A DNA stretch of 64,000 nt from an uncultured Acidobacteriota bacterium (GTDB lineage Bacteria > Actinomycetota > Acidimicrobiia > Spongiisociales > ZC4RG35), in the NCBI GenBank assembly GCA_963828465.1, contig CAWHEU010000021.1, positions 32,001-96,000 of the forward strand, given 5' to 3'. Made by a program: the position numbers and the translations under genes. The notes under the pieces are model-generated. The model made no database searches, was not told the origin of the DNA, and saw only the letters and a list, made by a program, of their open reading frames with translations. Shown piece after piece: positions 51,936 to 62,447 of the stretch (its first letter is position 1; the number at the start of each line of letters is the position of its first letter).

Positions 51936-52397
51936 CTAAGCGTCCACCAGCTCGACGGTTCCTCTGGACCGGTCCACCTCAGCGCCGACAACCATCGCCG
52001 CCGAGAGGAGGACAAGGTTCTTGAGCACGAACTCGCCCTCGACCGTCAACATGAACGGGTTGCCACCTGCAAAGGCGACATCGGGGAGCACGACGAAGAC
52101 GAGAAACGTGCCGAGCATCTGGGCGATAAGGGCCAGCAACACGATCCGCAGACCGATCCTCGCTGCCAATCCAATGCCGATCAGCACTTCGATCACACCC
52201 AAGACCGGCACGAACCATCCTGGGTCGACCCAGTAGACCGTGGATGCAACGAGATCGACGACAGGTGAGACACCAAGCACCTTGAGCGCACCGAACCAGA
52301 TGAAGACGATGGCGAGCGACCAGCGCAGGGCGGGAAGTGACCACCGTTGAAGGAACGGGATCAGGACGGCATCCAGACGGTCGACCAACTGCCTCAC
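51936..52397 (-). CDS. DoxX/DUF417-like membrane protein
   Basis: LRWSLAIVFIWFGALK, GVIEV, EGEFVLKN. Confidence 0.8.
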   Translation of the reverse strand: MRQLVDRLDAVLIPFLQRWSLPALRWSLAIVFIWFGALKVLGVSPVVDLVASTVYWVDPGWFVPVLGVIEVLIGIGLAARIGLRIVLLALIAQMLGTFLVFVVLPDVAFAGGNPFMLTVEGEFVLKNLVLLSAAMVVGAEVDRSRGTVELVDA

Positions 52398-52491
52398 CCC
52401 GCCATGTTCCCCGGATGACCCGATGTGGCGAAATCCACCAGGCGAGCGGGTCGAGGCATCGCTCAGGGATCGGCCGGTTAGGTTCCGATTG

Positions 52492-54207
52492 ATGCAGACG
52501 CCGATGCGAATCGAACGGGATGTGCCGATCCGGATGGACGATGGAGTCGTGCTCCGAGCAGATCTGTTCATCCCAATCGAGGACGGCGAGTACCCCACCC
52601 TCCTCAGTTACGGGCCGTACGGCAAGGGCCTCGCCTTCCAGGAGGGCTACAAACCGCAGTGGGATTACATGATCGAGAAGTATCCCGAGGTCGCCGAAGA
52701 CACCAGCAACGAGCACCAGAACTGGGAGGTGGTCGACCCGGAGAGGTGGGTGCCCGCCGGGTATGTGTGCGCACGGGTCGACTCCAGGGGCACCGGGCGC
52801 TCCCCCGGCTACGTCGACGTCTGGTCGGGAAGGGAGACGGTCGATCTCTACGACTGCATCGAGTGGGCGGCGTCGCAGCCTTGGAGCAACGGCCGAATCG
52901 GTCTGGCCGGCATCTCCTACTACGCGATGAATCAATATCAGGTCGCTGCCCTGCAGCCACCACATCTGGCGGCAATCTGTCCCTGGGAGGGCGCATCGGA
53001 CTGGTATCGGGACTTTGCCCGACACGGCGGGATCCTCTGCGAGTTCGCTCAGGACTGGTACCCACGCCAGGTCGAGAATGTCCAACATGGGGTCGGCGAG
53101 CGGGGATTCTTCAGCGCCGTGACCGGCGAACCCGTCTCCGGGCCGGACACCGAGGCGCCCGAGGTGCTGGCATCGAGACGAGCCGACCTGGGTCAGGATG
53201 TGAAGAGCCGCCCCCTGTTCGACGCCTGGCACCTGGAGCGCAACCCCGATTGGTCGCGGGTGAGAACGCCAATGCTCTCTGCGGCGAACTGGGGCGGCCA
53301 GGGTCTGCATCTCCGAGGCAATGTCGAGGCGTTCACCCAATCGGCGGCCTCCGACAAGTGGTTGGAAGTCCATGGCGACGCGCACTGGGTCGACTTCTAC
53401 ACGGACAGGGGTGTCGCCCTGCAACGCCGATTCTTCGACTACTACCTGAAGGGTGAGGACAACGGCTGGGATTCGGAGCCCAAGGTCCAGCTCCGCATTC
53501 GACACGTCGACGGCACCTTCACCGATCGAGCCGAGAACGAGTGGCCCCTCGCTCGTACCACCTGGACCCGCTATCACCTGACCGGCGAGGGAAGCCTGGC
53601 CGAGGAGGCTGCGGCGAATTCTTCGGCAGTCGAGTACGACCCCACCGGTGGCGGCGTGACCTTCACTACCGACCCAGCGACAGAGGAGATGGAGCTCACC
53701 GGGCCGATGGCCGCCAGGATCTTCGTCTCGTCGGAGACTGCCGATGCCGACCTCTTCCTGGTTGTGCGGGTATTCGACCCAGATGGTGCCGAGGTCACGT
53801 TCATGGGCGCGCTCGACCCCAACACCCCCATCGCCCAGGGCTGGCTGCGCGCCTCACATCGGGCGCTCGACCCGTCCATGTCGCTGCCGTTCCGTCCGTA
53901 TCACTCCCACGACCGGCTCGAACCTCTCGTCCCGGGCGAGACCTATGAGTTGGAAGTCGAGATCTGGCCGACATCCGTCGTCATCCCGGCCGGGTATCGT
54001 CTGGGGCTCACGATTCGGGGCAACGACTATCGATACGAGGGTGAGCTGTCCGACTTCGCCCGGGAGTTTCATTACGCCGGACGAGGGGTAGGGCCTTTCA
54101 AACATGCCGATCCCGACGACCGCCCGGCGGATGTTTTCTCGGGGCGGGTGAGCATCCATGTCGGCGGTGAGACCGACTCATACCTCCTTGTCCCGCTCAT
54201 TCGTTAG
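52492..54207 (+). CDS. CocE/NonD family hydrolase
   Basis: MDDGVVLRAD, PYGK, DSRGTGRS, WSNGRIGLAGISY, GWLRASHR, EIWPTS. Confidence 0.93.
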   Translation: MQTPMRIERDVPIRMDDGVVLRADLFIPIEDGEYPTLLSYGPYGKGLAFQEGYKPQWDYMIEKYPEVAEDTSNEHQNWEVVDPERWVPAGYVCARVDSRGTGRSPGYVDVWSGRETVDLYDCIEWAASQPWSNGRIGLAGISYYAMNQYQVAALQPPHLAAICPWEGASDWYRDFARHGGILCEFAQDWYPRQVENVQHGVGERGFFSAVTGEPVSGPDTEAPEVLASRRADLGQDVKSRPLFDAWHLERNPDWSRVRTPMLSAANWGGQGLHLRGNVEAFTQSAASDKWLEVHGDAHWVDFYTDRGVALQRRFFDYYLKGEDNGWDSEPKVQLRIRHVDGTFTDRAENEWPLARTTWTRYHLTGEGSLAEEAAANSSAVEYDPTGGGVTFTTDPATEEMELTGPMAARIFVSSETADADLFLVVRVFDPDGAEVTFMGALDPNTPIAQGWLRASHRALDPSMSLPFRPYHSHDRLEPLVPGETYELEVEIWPTSVVIPAGYRLGLTIRGNDYRYEGELSDFAREFHYAGRGVGPFKHADPDDRPADVFSGRVSIHVGGETDSYLLVPLIR

Positions 54208-54300
54208 ACCGGGAGGGGCCCTCGAGGTCGAAAGACGTGTCGATCTTTCGCCGCTCGCCTCATTGAGGCCGACAGCGCGATCGTTAACTTCATTGGACTG

Positions 54301-56938
54301 ATGCCGCATCTCTACGACTTCTCGGCCACCGACGGGTCGGATCGCGACCTGCTCGGCGGCAAAGGGGCAGGTCTGGCCCGCATGACGTCACTCGGGCTAC
54401 CGGTTCCCCCCGGGTTCACGATCACCACCGATGTGTGCCGGGCCGCAATGGCCACCGGTGAGATGCCGGATGACCTCTGGCCAGAAGTCGAGGATGCAGT
54501 CGCCCGACTGGAGAAAACCAGTGGTCGAAACCTCGGGTCCGGACCTGCTCCCCTGCTCCTCTCGGTCCGGTCCGGCGCCAAGTTCTCGATGCCGGGGATG
54601 ATGGACACGGTCCTCAACCTGGGCATCAACGACGATGTGGTGAAGGCGCTGATCGAGTGGTCCGGCGACCCTCATTTCGGCTGGGATGCCTACCGCCGCT
54701 TCGTTCAGATGTATGGGGATGTGGTGCTCGGCGTTCCCGAGCACCGCTTCCAGGACGTCCTGACCGAGCTGAGACGGTCGAGAGGCGTCGAGGACGACTC
54801 GGAGCTGAGCGCCGAGGACCTGGAGACGGCCACTGACTCGATTCCGCGACATCGTCGAGCAGGAGCGCCCTGGTGAGTTGCCCGAGGACCCGATGGAACA
54901 GGTCAAAGGGGCGATCACCGCCGTCTTTCTGTCGTGGAACACGAAGCGCGCCGTCGAGTACCGCAGGATTCACTCGATCCCGGATGATCTGGGGACTGCA
55001 GCCAACATTCAGATGATGGTCTTCGGCGACCTCGGTGACGATTCGGGCACCGGAGTCTGTTTCACCCGTGACCCCGGCACCGGCGAGAAGGTGATCTACG
55101 GCGACTACCTACCCCGGGCCCAGGGCGAGGACGTCGTAGCCGGCATTCGCAACACCTTGACTCTCGACCAGCTGGCCGACCTCCATCCCGAGTGTCATCG
55201 CCAGCTGCTCGAGATCATGGATGGTCTCGAAACCCACTACCGCGACATGTGCGACATCGAGTTCACCATCGAGAAGGACGTTCTCTACATCCTGCAGACG
55301 CGGGCAGGGAAGAGGACGGCAGCGGCCGCGGTGAAGATGGCTGTGGCCATGGTTGGCGAAGGTCTCATCGACCGGGAAACTGCTGTCACCAGGGTCGAGC
55401 CTGACTCCCTGGAACAACTCCACCGCCCCCGGATCGCTGATCGCGTCAAGGGATCTGCACCGCTCGTGGTCGGCGTGGCCGCGTCCCCCGGCGCCGCCAC
55501 CGGGAAGGTGGTCTTCTCCTCCGAGGAGGCGGTGGAGCAGGCACGGAACGGGGTGGAAGTCATCCTGGTTCGGCCGGAAACGACCCCGGACGACATCCAC
55601 GGCATGGCGGCGGCGGTCGGCATCCTCACCAGCCAGGGGGGCAAGACATCACATGCTGCCGTGGTGGCTCGGGGCATGGGCAAGCCCGCCATCACCGGGG
55701 CGGCCAAGCTGCAGGTCGATTCCGAGGCGGGCATCGCCTCCACCGGGAGTGTCGATGTCCGACGTGGTGAGGTCATCACCATCGACGGGACGACCGGAGC
55801 CGTCTATCAGGGCGAGATCGAGCTCGTCCCGCCGGAAGTCCCCCCCGAGCTCGGTGACCTGCTCGAATGGGCCGACCAGTTCCGCAATCTCGGAGTCAGG
55901 GCCAACGCCGACACGGCAGAAGACGCCACGCTGGCCCGAGGCCACGGGGCGGAGGGCATCGGGTTGGCGCGGACCGAGCACATGTTCCTCGGCGAGCGTC
56001 TCGCCATCGTCCAGAGGGTCATCCTCTCCACCGATCCGACCGATAGGGAGGAAGCTCTCGGTGATCTGGAACGACAGCAGATAGGGGACTTCGAGAGTCT
56101 GCTCGAGGCGATGGATGGGCTGCCCGTGGTAATCCGGCTCCTGGACCCGCCACTCCACGAGTTCCTCCCCTCCCGTCTCGAGCTGGAGCACGAGATGCTG
56201 CGTCGGGTCCGGGCCGGCCGCCCCATCGACGACTTACAGGCGATGTCTGACCAGGTCGCTCGCTGGGAGGAGGACAACCCCATGCTCGGCCTGCGCGGGG
56301 TCAGGCTCGGGTTGATGCTCAAGGACCTCTATCGGATGCAGGCCCGCGCCGCCACCACCGCGCTCACCCGTCGCATCCAGGCTGGCGGCAATCCCCATCT
56401 GGAGATCATGATCCCTCTGGTCGCCGCCGCCGAGGAGCTCATCCGGATGCGGGAGATGATCGAGGAGGAAATCGCCATCGCCACCGCAGGTTCTGGTGTG
56501 GAGTTGGACATCCCGATCGGGACGATGATCGAGCTGCCCCGGGCCGCGTTGACCGCGGGCGAGATTGCCGGAGTTGCCGACTTCTTCTCATTCGGCACCA
56601 ACGACCTGACCCAGATGACCTACGGGCTCAGCCGCGATGACGCCGAAGGGTTGTTCCTCAGCGATTATCTGGAGCAGGGCATCTTTACCTCGGACCCGTT
56701 CCAGACTCTCGACAGGGCAGGGGTCGGGCGTCTGGTCCGCGTGGCCACCAACGAGGGGCGGGAGGCCAACGAGGACCTGGTGGTCGGGCTATGCGGCGAG
56801 CATGGTGGCGATCCCGATTCCATCTACTTCGTCCACTCACTCGGCCTCGACTACGTGTCGTGCAGCCCTCCCCGTGTCGAGGGGGCCAGGCTCGCAGCGG
56901 CCCAGGCCGCCCTGCAGTCGGACCGCAACGACGTCTGA
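54301..56938 (+). CDS. ppdK: Pyruvate, phosphate dikinase (frameshift near 54838)
   Basis: [60 protein letters not shown]. Confidence 0.95.
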
Positions 56939-56939
56939 A

Positions 56940-57656
56940 TCAGCGGATCACGTCGACCAGCTCGGGCACTCCCTCGCCTGAGATCGCGGCGGTGATCAGC
57001 ACCGGCGCATCGGAGCCGCCCAATCTCTCCAAGAGGGCGCGGTGCACGGTGTCGACGCCGGGACGGTCTCCCTTGTTGACCACGAACACATCGGCGATCT
57101 CGACGATCCCGGCCTTGTCGGCCTGAATCTGATCCCCCCAGCCGGGCCCCAGCACCAGGACGACCACGTCGACATGGTCCATCACCTCCAGCTCGGACTG
57201 GCCGACTCCCACAGTCTCAACGAGAACGATGTCGAAACCTGCCCGGGCCATCGCGGCGATGGCTGGAGCGGCGGCAACCGACAGGCCACCGAGGTGCCCT
57301 CGGGAGGCCATGGAACGGACATAAACCCCCGGGTCTCCGGTGTGGTCCTGCATCCGGATCCTGTCGCCGAGCAGCGCCCCGCCTGTGATCGGGCTGGAAG
57401 GGTCGACGGCGAGCACCGCCACGGTGTCTCCCTTCGACCTCAGGTCGGCGACGATCGCATTGACGAGCGTCGACTTCCCGGCCCCAGGTGGGCCGGTGAT
57501 GCCGACCCTCCGGGCAGGCGTATCCGACGAGTCGATGAGTGAGGTGACAACGGCCTCACCGATGGGATCCCCGGTCTCGAGCGCGGTGATCAGCCGAGCC
57601 AGGCTTCGTCGATCACCATCCCGGACGCGCCCGGCAGCCAGATCGGTGTCGCTCAT
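56940..57656 (-). CDS. meaB: MeaB/ArgK-family GTPase (short form)
   Basis: GITGPPGAGKS, DPSS..GGALLGDRIRM, ETVGVGQSE, NKGD. Confidence 0.88.
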   Translation of the reverse strand: MSDTDLAAGRVRDGDRRSLARLITALETGDPIGEAVVTSLIDSSDTPARRVGITGPPGAGKSTLVNAIVADLRSKGDTVAVLAVDPSSPITGGALLGDRIRMQDHTGDPGVYVRSMASRGHLGGLSVAAAPAIAAMARAGFDIVLVETVGVGQSELEVMDHVDVVVLVLGPGWGDQIQADKAGIVEIADVFVVNKGDRPGVDTVHRALLERLGGSDAPVLITAAISGEGVPELVDVIR

Positions 57657-57677
57657 CGGCGACAGGTTAAGGGTGTG

Positions 57678-58016
57678 TCAGAGAGCGGGAAGGGTGATGC
57701 CGTTGGGGCTGTCGAGCTCATCGAGACCGGGCGCATCGGCGCTGGCATGAACCTCGACGACTCCTGGGACGCGGTCCATCAGGATTCGCTCGATGCCGGC
57801 TTTCAGGGTCATCATCGAGAGCGGGCAACCACCACAGGCGCCGACCATCTGGATGTCGACCCTGCCCCCGTCTGTCCCGAGCAGAACGAGATCACCCCCG
57901 TCGGCCTGGACTGCAGGCCTTATGTACTCGAGGGTCTCCCGCAGCTTGTCGACGTCGATCGGGCCTTCGTCGACCTTGACACTGCTCGAAATGGTCACCG
58001 GTGTTGTCTCTGGCAT
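57678..58016 (-). CDS. NifU/Nfu-type Fe-S carrier
   Basis: IRPAVQADGGD, GACGGCP, TLKAGIE. Confidence 0.92.
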   Translation of the reverse strand: MPETTPVTISSSVKVDEGPIDVDKLRETLEYIRPAVQADGGDLVLLGTDGGRVDIQMVGACGGCPLSMMTLKAGIERILMDRVPGVVEVHASADAPGLDELDSPNGITLPAL

Positions 58017-58075
58017 CGCCTTGAAGAACCCTTGCCTAGTGGGGATTTGTTCCGGATTCTACCGTGCGCCGGGGC

Positions 58076-59365
58076 TCAGAACTCTTCTGGCCGGCCCGAA
58101 GGTAGGGGGCGCACCGGCTGGATGACCTGCAGGACACCATCGACCCATAGGAATCCCCAGGATCCTGTTTCGGTCGTTTCGACTTGCACGCCGTCGACGG
58201 CGACATCCAAGGGTGAGTCGGACTCGATCCTCACGAACTCCGAGCCGACCACCAGGCCAACTGCAAGTTGCTCGGGGAGGAACTGGTCACCGGGAACCGG
58301 GGTGAGCCCTCCGTAGTAGTGGGCCAGGATGTCGGGATACGCCGAACCGGCTTCGGCCATGGCCTGAGCGCCGTACTGGGACATGCCAATGAGGTGCCCC
58401 CAGCCAGCCCCCTCGACCACGTAATAGGGAACAGCGATGGCCAGGGCATCGCCACCAATCCGGCTGGCACGCACTTCACGGCGAATCGAGAACTCCGGAC
58501 TGAGGATGGTGTCCGGATAGTCGACCCCGTCCGGTCGCTTCGCAGGCAGGAGGCCGGGCAAGATCGCCGCGGCCTCGTTGATCTGGGACCGAAGGGCCCA
58601 GGTATCCATGGATACCGTGCCCGCGTCGGAGACGATGTCGATCACCCACGGGCCCTGGCCGTCCTCGGTCGTTCTGGTTGCGATCGAATGGACATCCCCA
58701 TCGGCCACGTCCGCCTCCTGGAGCACCTGTTCCATCTGATAGCCGGGGAGCTCCCATGACCAGGTGACGAATGGGCTGTCCTCACCGGGCGAGGGGACAC
58801 CGACCAGATACGGCGCTGGCTCGGAACCGGGCCATATGTCCTCGATGTTCCTGGTGCGGAGACCCGTGGTCGACGAGTAGAAGGCTCGGGCCGGCTCTCC
58901 CTCGTGCACCAGGATCTCACCCGTGGTCTGGCTCACCGCCTGGCGCCAGCGATCCCCGTCCTCGCCGAGCACGGCGTCCACCCCGGCATAGACCTGGCAC
59001 GCCGCCGTCGCGCAGATGTCGTACCCGATGCGGCTGCCGGTCTCGGAACGCCCCCCCAGAAGGGTCCAGGCGAGATATGTGCGAGCTGCGACGACCTGGG
59101 CCGCCAGGGCGTCCTCGTGCCAGCTGAACGGGACCTCTCGAATGCCCTCTAGATAGGCGTCGAGCGACGCCACCTCGACCACCGCAACGCCATCGGATTC
59201 TGCCGTGACCCTGAAGGGCCCCCGGTAGCGCCGATCACCCATCTCCAAGTATGCGTTGTCCGGCACCGAGACTTCGACCACTGTGCCCTGCGGTCGGGCA
59301 GCCATGGCCGGTGGCGCCAACAGGAGTACGAACGCAAGGACGGCCAGTGCCCGGCGAGCGATCAC
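58076..59365 (-). CDS. SpoIID/LytB domain protein
   Basis: Signal peptide; YRG, YLEGIREVP, ALAAQVVAARTY, CQVY, GWGHLIGMSQYGA, ILAHYY. Confidence 0.9.
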   Translation of the reverse strand: MIARRALAVLAFVLLLAPPAMAARPQGTVVEVSVPDNAYLEMGDRRYRGPFRVTAESDGVAVVEVASLDAYLEGIREVPFSWHEDALAAQVVAARTYLAWTLLGGRSETGSRIGYDICATAACQVYAGVDAVLGEDGDRWRQAVSQTTGEILVHEGEPARAFYSSTTGLRTRNIEDIWPGSEPAPYLVGVPSPGEDSPFVTWSWELPGYQMEQVLQEADVADGDVHSIATRTTEDGQGPWVIDIVSDAGTVSMDTWALRSQINEAAAILPGLLPAKRPDGVDYPDTILSPEFSIRREVRASRIGGDALAIAVPYYVVEGAGWGHLIGMSQYGAQAMAEAGSAYPDILAHYYGGLTPVPGDQFLPEQLAVGLVVGSEFVRIESDSPLDVAVDGVQVETTETGSWGFLWVDGVLQVIQPVRPLPSGRPEEF

Positions 59366-60612
59366 GCTCTCTCGATTCTCGCTCCCAGCGATCGGAGTCG
59401 CTCCGGGAACTCCTCGTAGCCCCTGTCGATGTGGCTCGCCTCGCCGACCTCGGTCGTCCCCTCCGCGCGCAGGCCAGCGAGCACCAGGGCTGCCCCGGCT
59501 CGGATGTCTGGTGCCAGGACCGGACAGCCCGAGAGCCGCTCGACGCCCCGAATGATGGCGTGTTGTGCCTCGGTGGTGATATCGGCGCCCATACGTGCCA
59601 GCTCGCCGACGTAGCGGAACCGGGAGTCGTAGAGATTCTCGGTGATGACCGACGTGCCGGTCGCCACCGACAGCAGGGCGACCATCTGAGGGTGCATGTC
59701 GGTGTGAAATCCGGGGAACGGGAGGGTGGCGAAGTCCACCGGGGTCGGTCGCTCTGGTCCTCTGACCCGAAGCCACCCGTTACCCTGCTCGACCTCGCAA
59801 CCTGTCTCCTCGAGCTTTCTCAGCTCCATTCGCAGGTGCTCCGGCAAGCAGCCGGTCACCGTGACATCGCCGCCTGTGATTGCCGCGGCTGCTGCGTAAG
59901 TCCCTGTCTCGAGGCGATCGGGTACGACGTGGTGCTCGGCCGGCGAAAGATGATCCACGCCGTGAATCGTGACGAGTGAAGTTCCGCCGCCGGTGATTCT
60001 GGCTCCCATCTCGGTCAACTGAGTGATGAGGTCTTCGATCTCAGGCTCGCGGGCGGCATTGACTATGACCGTGTCGCCTTCGGCGAGCACACCGGCGAAC
60101 AAGAGGTTCTCGGTAGCGCCCACCGAGGGAAAGGGCAGCTCCACTTCGGTGCCCTTGAGACGGCCGTCGACCCGGCCCACCAATTCTCCATGGACCAACT
60201 CGAAGTCGACCCCCATCGCCTCCAGGCCATTGAGATGCATGTCGATCGGCCGGGCCCCGAGGTCGTCACCGCCGGGCAGGGCGACACGCGCCTCGCCACA
60301 GCGGGCGAGGAGGGGACCGAGCACCACGATCGAGGCCCGCATCTGCCGCACCAGCTCGATCGGCGCCTCGGGGAGGAGCTGGTCGGGAACGACCACCCAG
60401 AGCTCGTGATCGCCTTGCTCCACCCTGCAGCCGGTGTGCTCCAAGACCTCACACATCAGCCCGACGTCGAGGATCGACGGCACATTGGTCAGACGGTGCC
60501 GGCCCGGGGCGAGCAGTGCAGAGACCATCTCCTTGAGCACGGCGTTCTTGGCCCCCAGCACGCCGACAGTCCCCTGGAGACGCGCTCCGCCCTCGACAAC
60601 CAACTTGGACAT
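59362..60612 (-). CDS. murA: UDP-N-acetylglucosamine 1-carboxyvinyltransferase
   Basis: GAKNA, MRAS, LPGGDDLGARPID, SVGATEN, AAREPE, PGFHTD, DIRAG, HIDRGYE. Confidence 0.96.
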   Translation of the reverse strand: MSKLVVEGGARLQGTVGVLGAKNAVLKEMVSALLAPGRHRLTNVPSILDVGLMCEVLEHTGCRVEQGDHELWVVVPDQLLPEAPIELVRQMRASIVVLGPLLARCGEARVALPGGDDLGARPIDMHLNGLEAMGVDFELVHGELVGRVDGRLKGTEVELPFPSVGATENLLFAGVLAEGDTVIVNAAREPEIEDLITQLTEMGARITGGGTSLVTIHGVDHLSPAEHHVVPDRLETGTYAAAAAITGGDVTVTGCLPEHLRMELRKLEETGCEVEQGNGWLRVRGPERPTPVDFATLPFPGFHTDMHPQMVALLSVATGTSVITENLYDSRFRYVGELARMGADITTEAQHAIIRGVERLSGCPVLAPDIRAGAALVLAGLRAEGTTEVGEASHIDRGYEEFPERLRSLGARIERA

Positions 60613-60689
60613 TCAGGCGAATGTAGTTAGGTGTGGGGCCAACCCCATGCAGGGACGGGGCGGGTGGTCTGGCTACCCTGCCGCCCGAG

Positions 60690-61130
60690 ATGAGAATCGC
60701 ACTCGGCTCCGACCACGCCGGCTATCCGTTGAAGGAGCACTTGTCGACGTGGCTCGCAGAGTCCGGTCATGCCGTGTACGACCTGGGCACGCACTCCGCC
60801 GAGCCGGTCGACTATCCGGACTATGCGGCCGCCGTGGCCCAAGCCGTCTTGGACGGCCGCGCCGACCGGGGCATTCTCATCTGTGGCTCCGGCGCAGGGG
60901 CGGCAGTGGCCGCCAACAAGCTCCAGGGGATCAGGGCGTCGATTGCCCACGACACTTACACCGCCCATCAAATGGTGGAGCACGACGATGTGAACGTGCT
61001 CAGCCTGGGGTCACGCGTGATCGGCGAGTCGCTGGCGGAAGAACTGGTCACGACGTTCCTCGAGGCGAGGTTCTCGCGCGAGGACCGGCACGTGAGACGT
61101 CTGGAGAAGATCAGGTCCATGGAGGCCTGA
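60690..61130 (+). CDS. rpiB: Ribose-5-phosphate isomerase B
   Basis: [26 protein letters not shown]. Confidence 0.94.
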   Translation: MRIALGSDHAGYPLKEHLSTWLAESGHAVYDLGTHSAEPVDYPDYAAAVAQAVLDGRADRGILICGSGAGAAVAANKLQGIRASIAHDTYTAHQMVEHDDVNVLSLGSRVIGESLAEELVTTFLEARFSREDRHVRRLEKIRSMEA

Positions 61131-61136
61131 TCGGCG

Positions 61137-61793
61137 TCACTGGCCCCCGGATTGGGCCAGCGCAACTAGGGCCTCGATCCCTTCAGTGCCGATCTCGCCC
61201 GACACCCGGCCCAGATTGGTGTTCTGACCGTCGAGCACGACGTAGAAAGGAGTGCCGGACATCCCGTAGTTGCCGGCGACGGTCCCGATCTGGTCGTCCA
61301 TGATCACCGGGGCGGTCCAGCCCTCCTCCTCTAGCCAATCCTGGGGTGGCCAGTTGGGACGGAGCCTGTCGGTCGCAGTGGCGACGGAGATCACTTCGAC
61401 GTCGTCTGGCAAGTTGCCATCGTTGATCCACTGCTGGATAACAGGCACGTCTGCCTGGCAATGAGGGCACCAGTGGGCGAGGAAGGCGATGATCTTCGGA
61501 GTGCCATTGGGCTCGATCGTGACCGGGTTTCCTTCCCAATCGGCTCCTTCGACGGTGGGGGCGGTAAGTCCGACCGAGACATCCTCCTGTCCCGCGGCAT
61601 AGACAGGCAGCGGGTCTCCGGTGACGGTCGGGTCGCCGTAACCGAGGCTCTCGTCGACCGGCTCCTCGCCTGCGATGGACCATGCGAGGGCGACGATCAG
61701 GCCGAGACCGACTATGCCACCGAGGATCCACCACAAAGTCGAGTTGTTCTTCGTTTCCTTGGCACCGGGCTTGGGTTTCTTTGTCGCAGTCAT
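61137..61793 (-). CDS. Membrane-anchored thioredoxin-like (TlpA/DsbA-type, CPHC) protein
   Basis: One TM; AHWCPHCQ, GTPF; ATGA overlap with the DsbB-family gene. Confidence 0.88.
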   Translation of the reverse strand: MTATKKPKPGAKETKNNSTLWWILGGIVGLGLIVALAWSIAGEEPVDESLGYGDPTVTGDPLPVYAAGQEDVSVGLTAPTVEGADWEGNPVTIEPNGTPKIIAFLAHWCPHCQADVPVIQQWINDGNLPDDVEVISVATATDRLRPNWPPQDWLEEEGWTAPVIMDDQIGTVAGNYGMSGTPFYVVLDGQNTNLGRVSGEIGTEGIEALVALAQSGGQ

Positions 61794-62317
61794 TCGGAGG
61801 CTTTCGTGTAGAAGGCGAGTAAGACGGCGATAACGATAAACCCAATTCCAGCCATAAATGGCAAGTCCATGAAGCCAAACATCTCGATGCTGCGGGCGGA
61901 GCAGGGCACCGCCGGGTCGCACGACCCGCCCTCGAGACTGGGGAAGAACTGAACGAAGTTGTGGTAGATGGAGATGGCGAGCCCGATCAGGGCGAGAGGC
62001 AGGGCGTAGAACTTGACCACTGCCTCACGCCTGATCGCGCCCACCAAAAGGACGATGGTTAGTGGGTACATCGCGATGCGCTGGAACCAGCAGAGACGGC
62101 AGGGCACATAGTGGAAAGCGTCGGAGTACAACAGCGACCCGACGGTGGCCACCAGGGCAACGGTGAAGGCGAGCCAGATCGCCTTGTCCCCGAGCAATGC
62201 CGCCGCCTCGGGCCCTTTCACTGCCCGGTACACGAGGAGAGCGATGGACCCGGCCGCGGCGATCAGGGTGAGGATGGCGAAGAGGTTGTTGAAGACGAGG
62301 ATGGTCTCGACCGACAT
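61790..62317 (-). CDS. Disulfide bond formation protein DsbB/BdbC family
   Basis: GSLLYS, PCRLCWFQRIAMYP, second Cys pair SCDPAVPC. Confidence 0.92.
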   Translation of the reverse strand: MSVETILVFNNLFAILTLIAAAGSIALLVYRAVKGPEAAALLGDKAIWLAFTVALVATVGSLLYSDAFHYVPCRLCWFQRIAMYPLTIVLLVGAIRREAVVKFYALPLALIGLAISIYHNFVQFFPSLEGGSCDPAVPCSARSIEMFGFMDLPFMAGIGFIVIAVLLAFYTKASE

Positions 62318-62330
62318 GCGCTTTCCTGGC

Positions 62331-62406
62331 TGGCAGTCCCGACCGGATTCGAACCGGCGTTTCCGGCTTGAAAGGCCGGCGTCCTAGGCCACTGGACGAC
62401 GGGACC
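62331..62406 (-). tRNA. tRNA-Glu (anticodon TTC)
   Basis: GGTCCCG acceptor stem, CCGGC-CTTTCAA-GCCGG anticodon arm, GGTTCGAATCC T-arm, encoded CCA. Confidence 0.97.
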
Positions 62407-62447
62407 TCGCGGTCACGACAGGTTAACGGGTGACACGGACCTACTCC

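Noticed and set aside
62331-62406. Integrative element at tRNA-Glu
   Set aside because: No integrase gene and no duplicated tRNA 3' end seen in the window.
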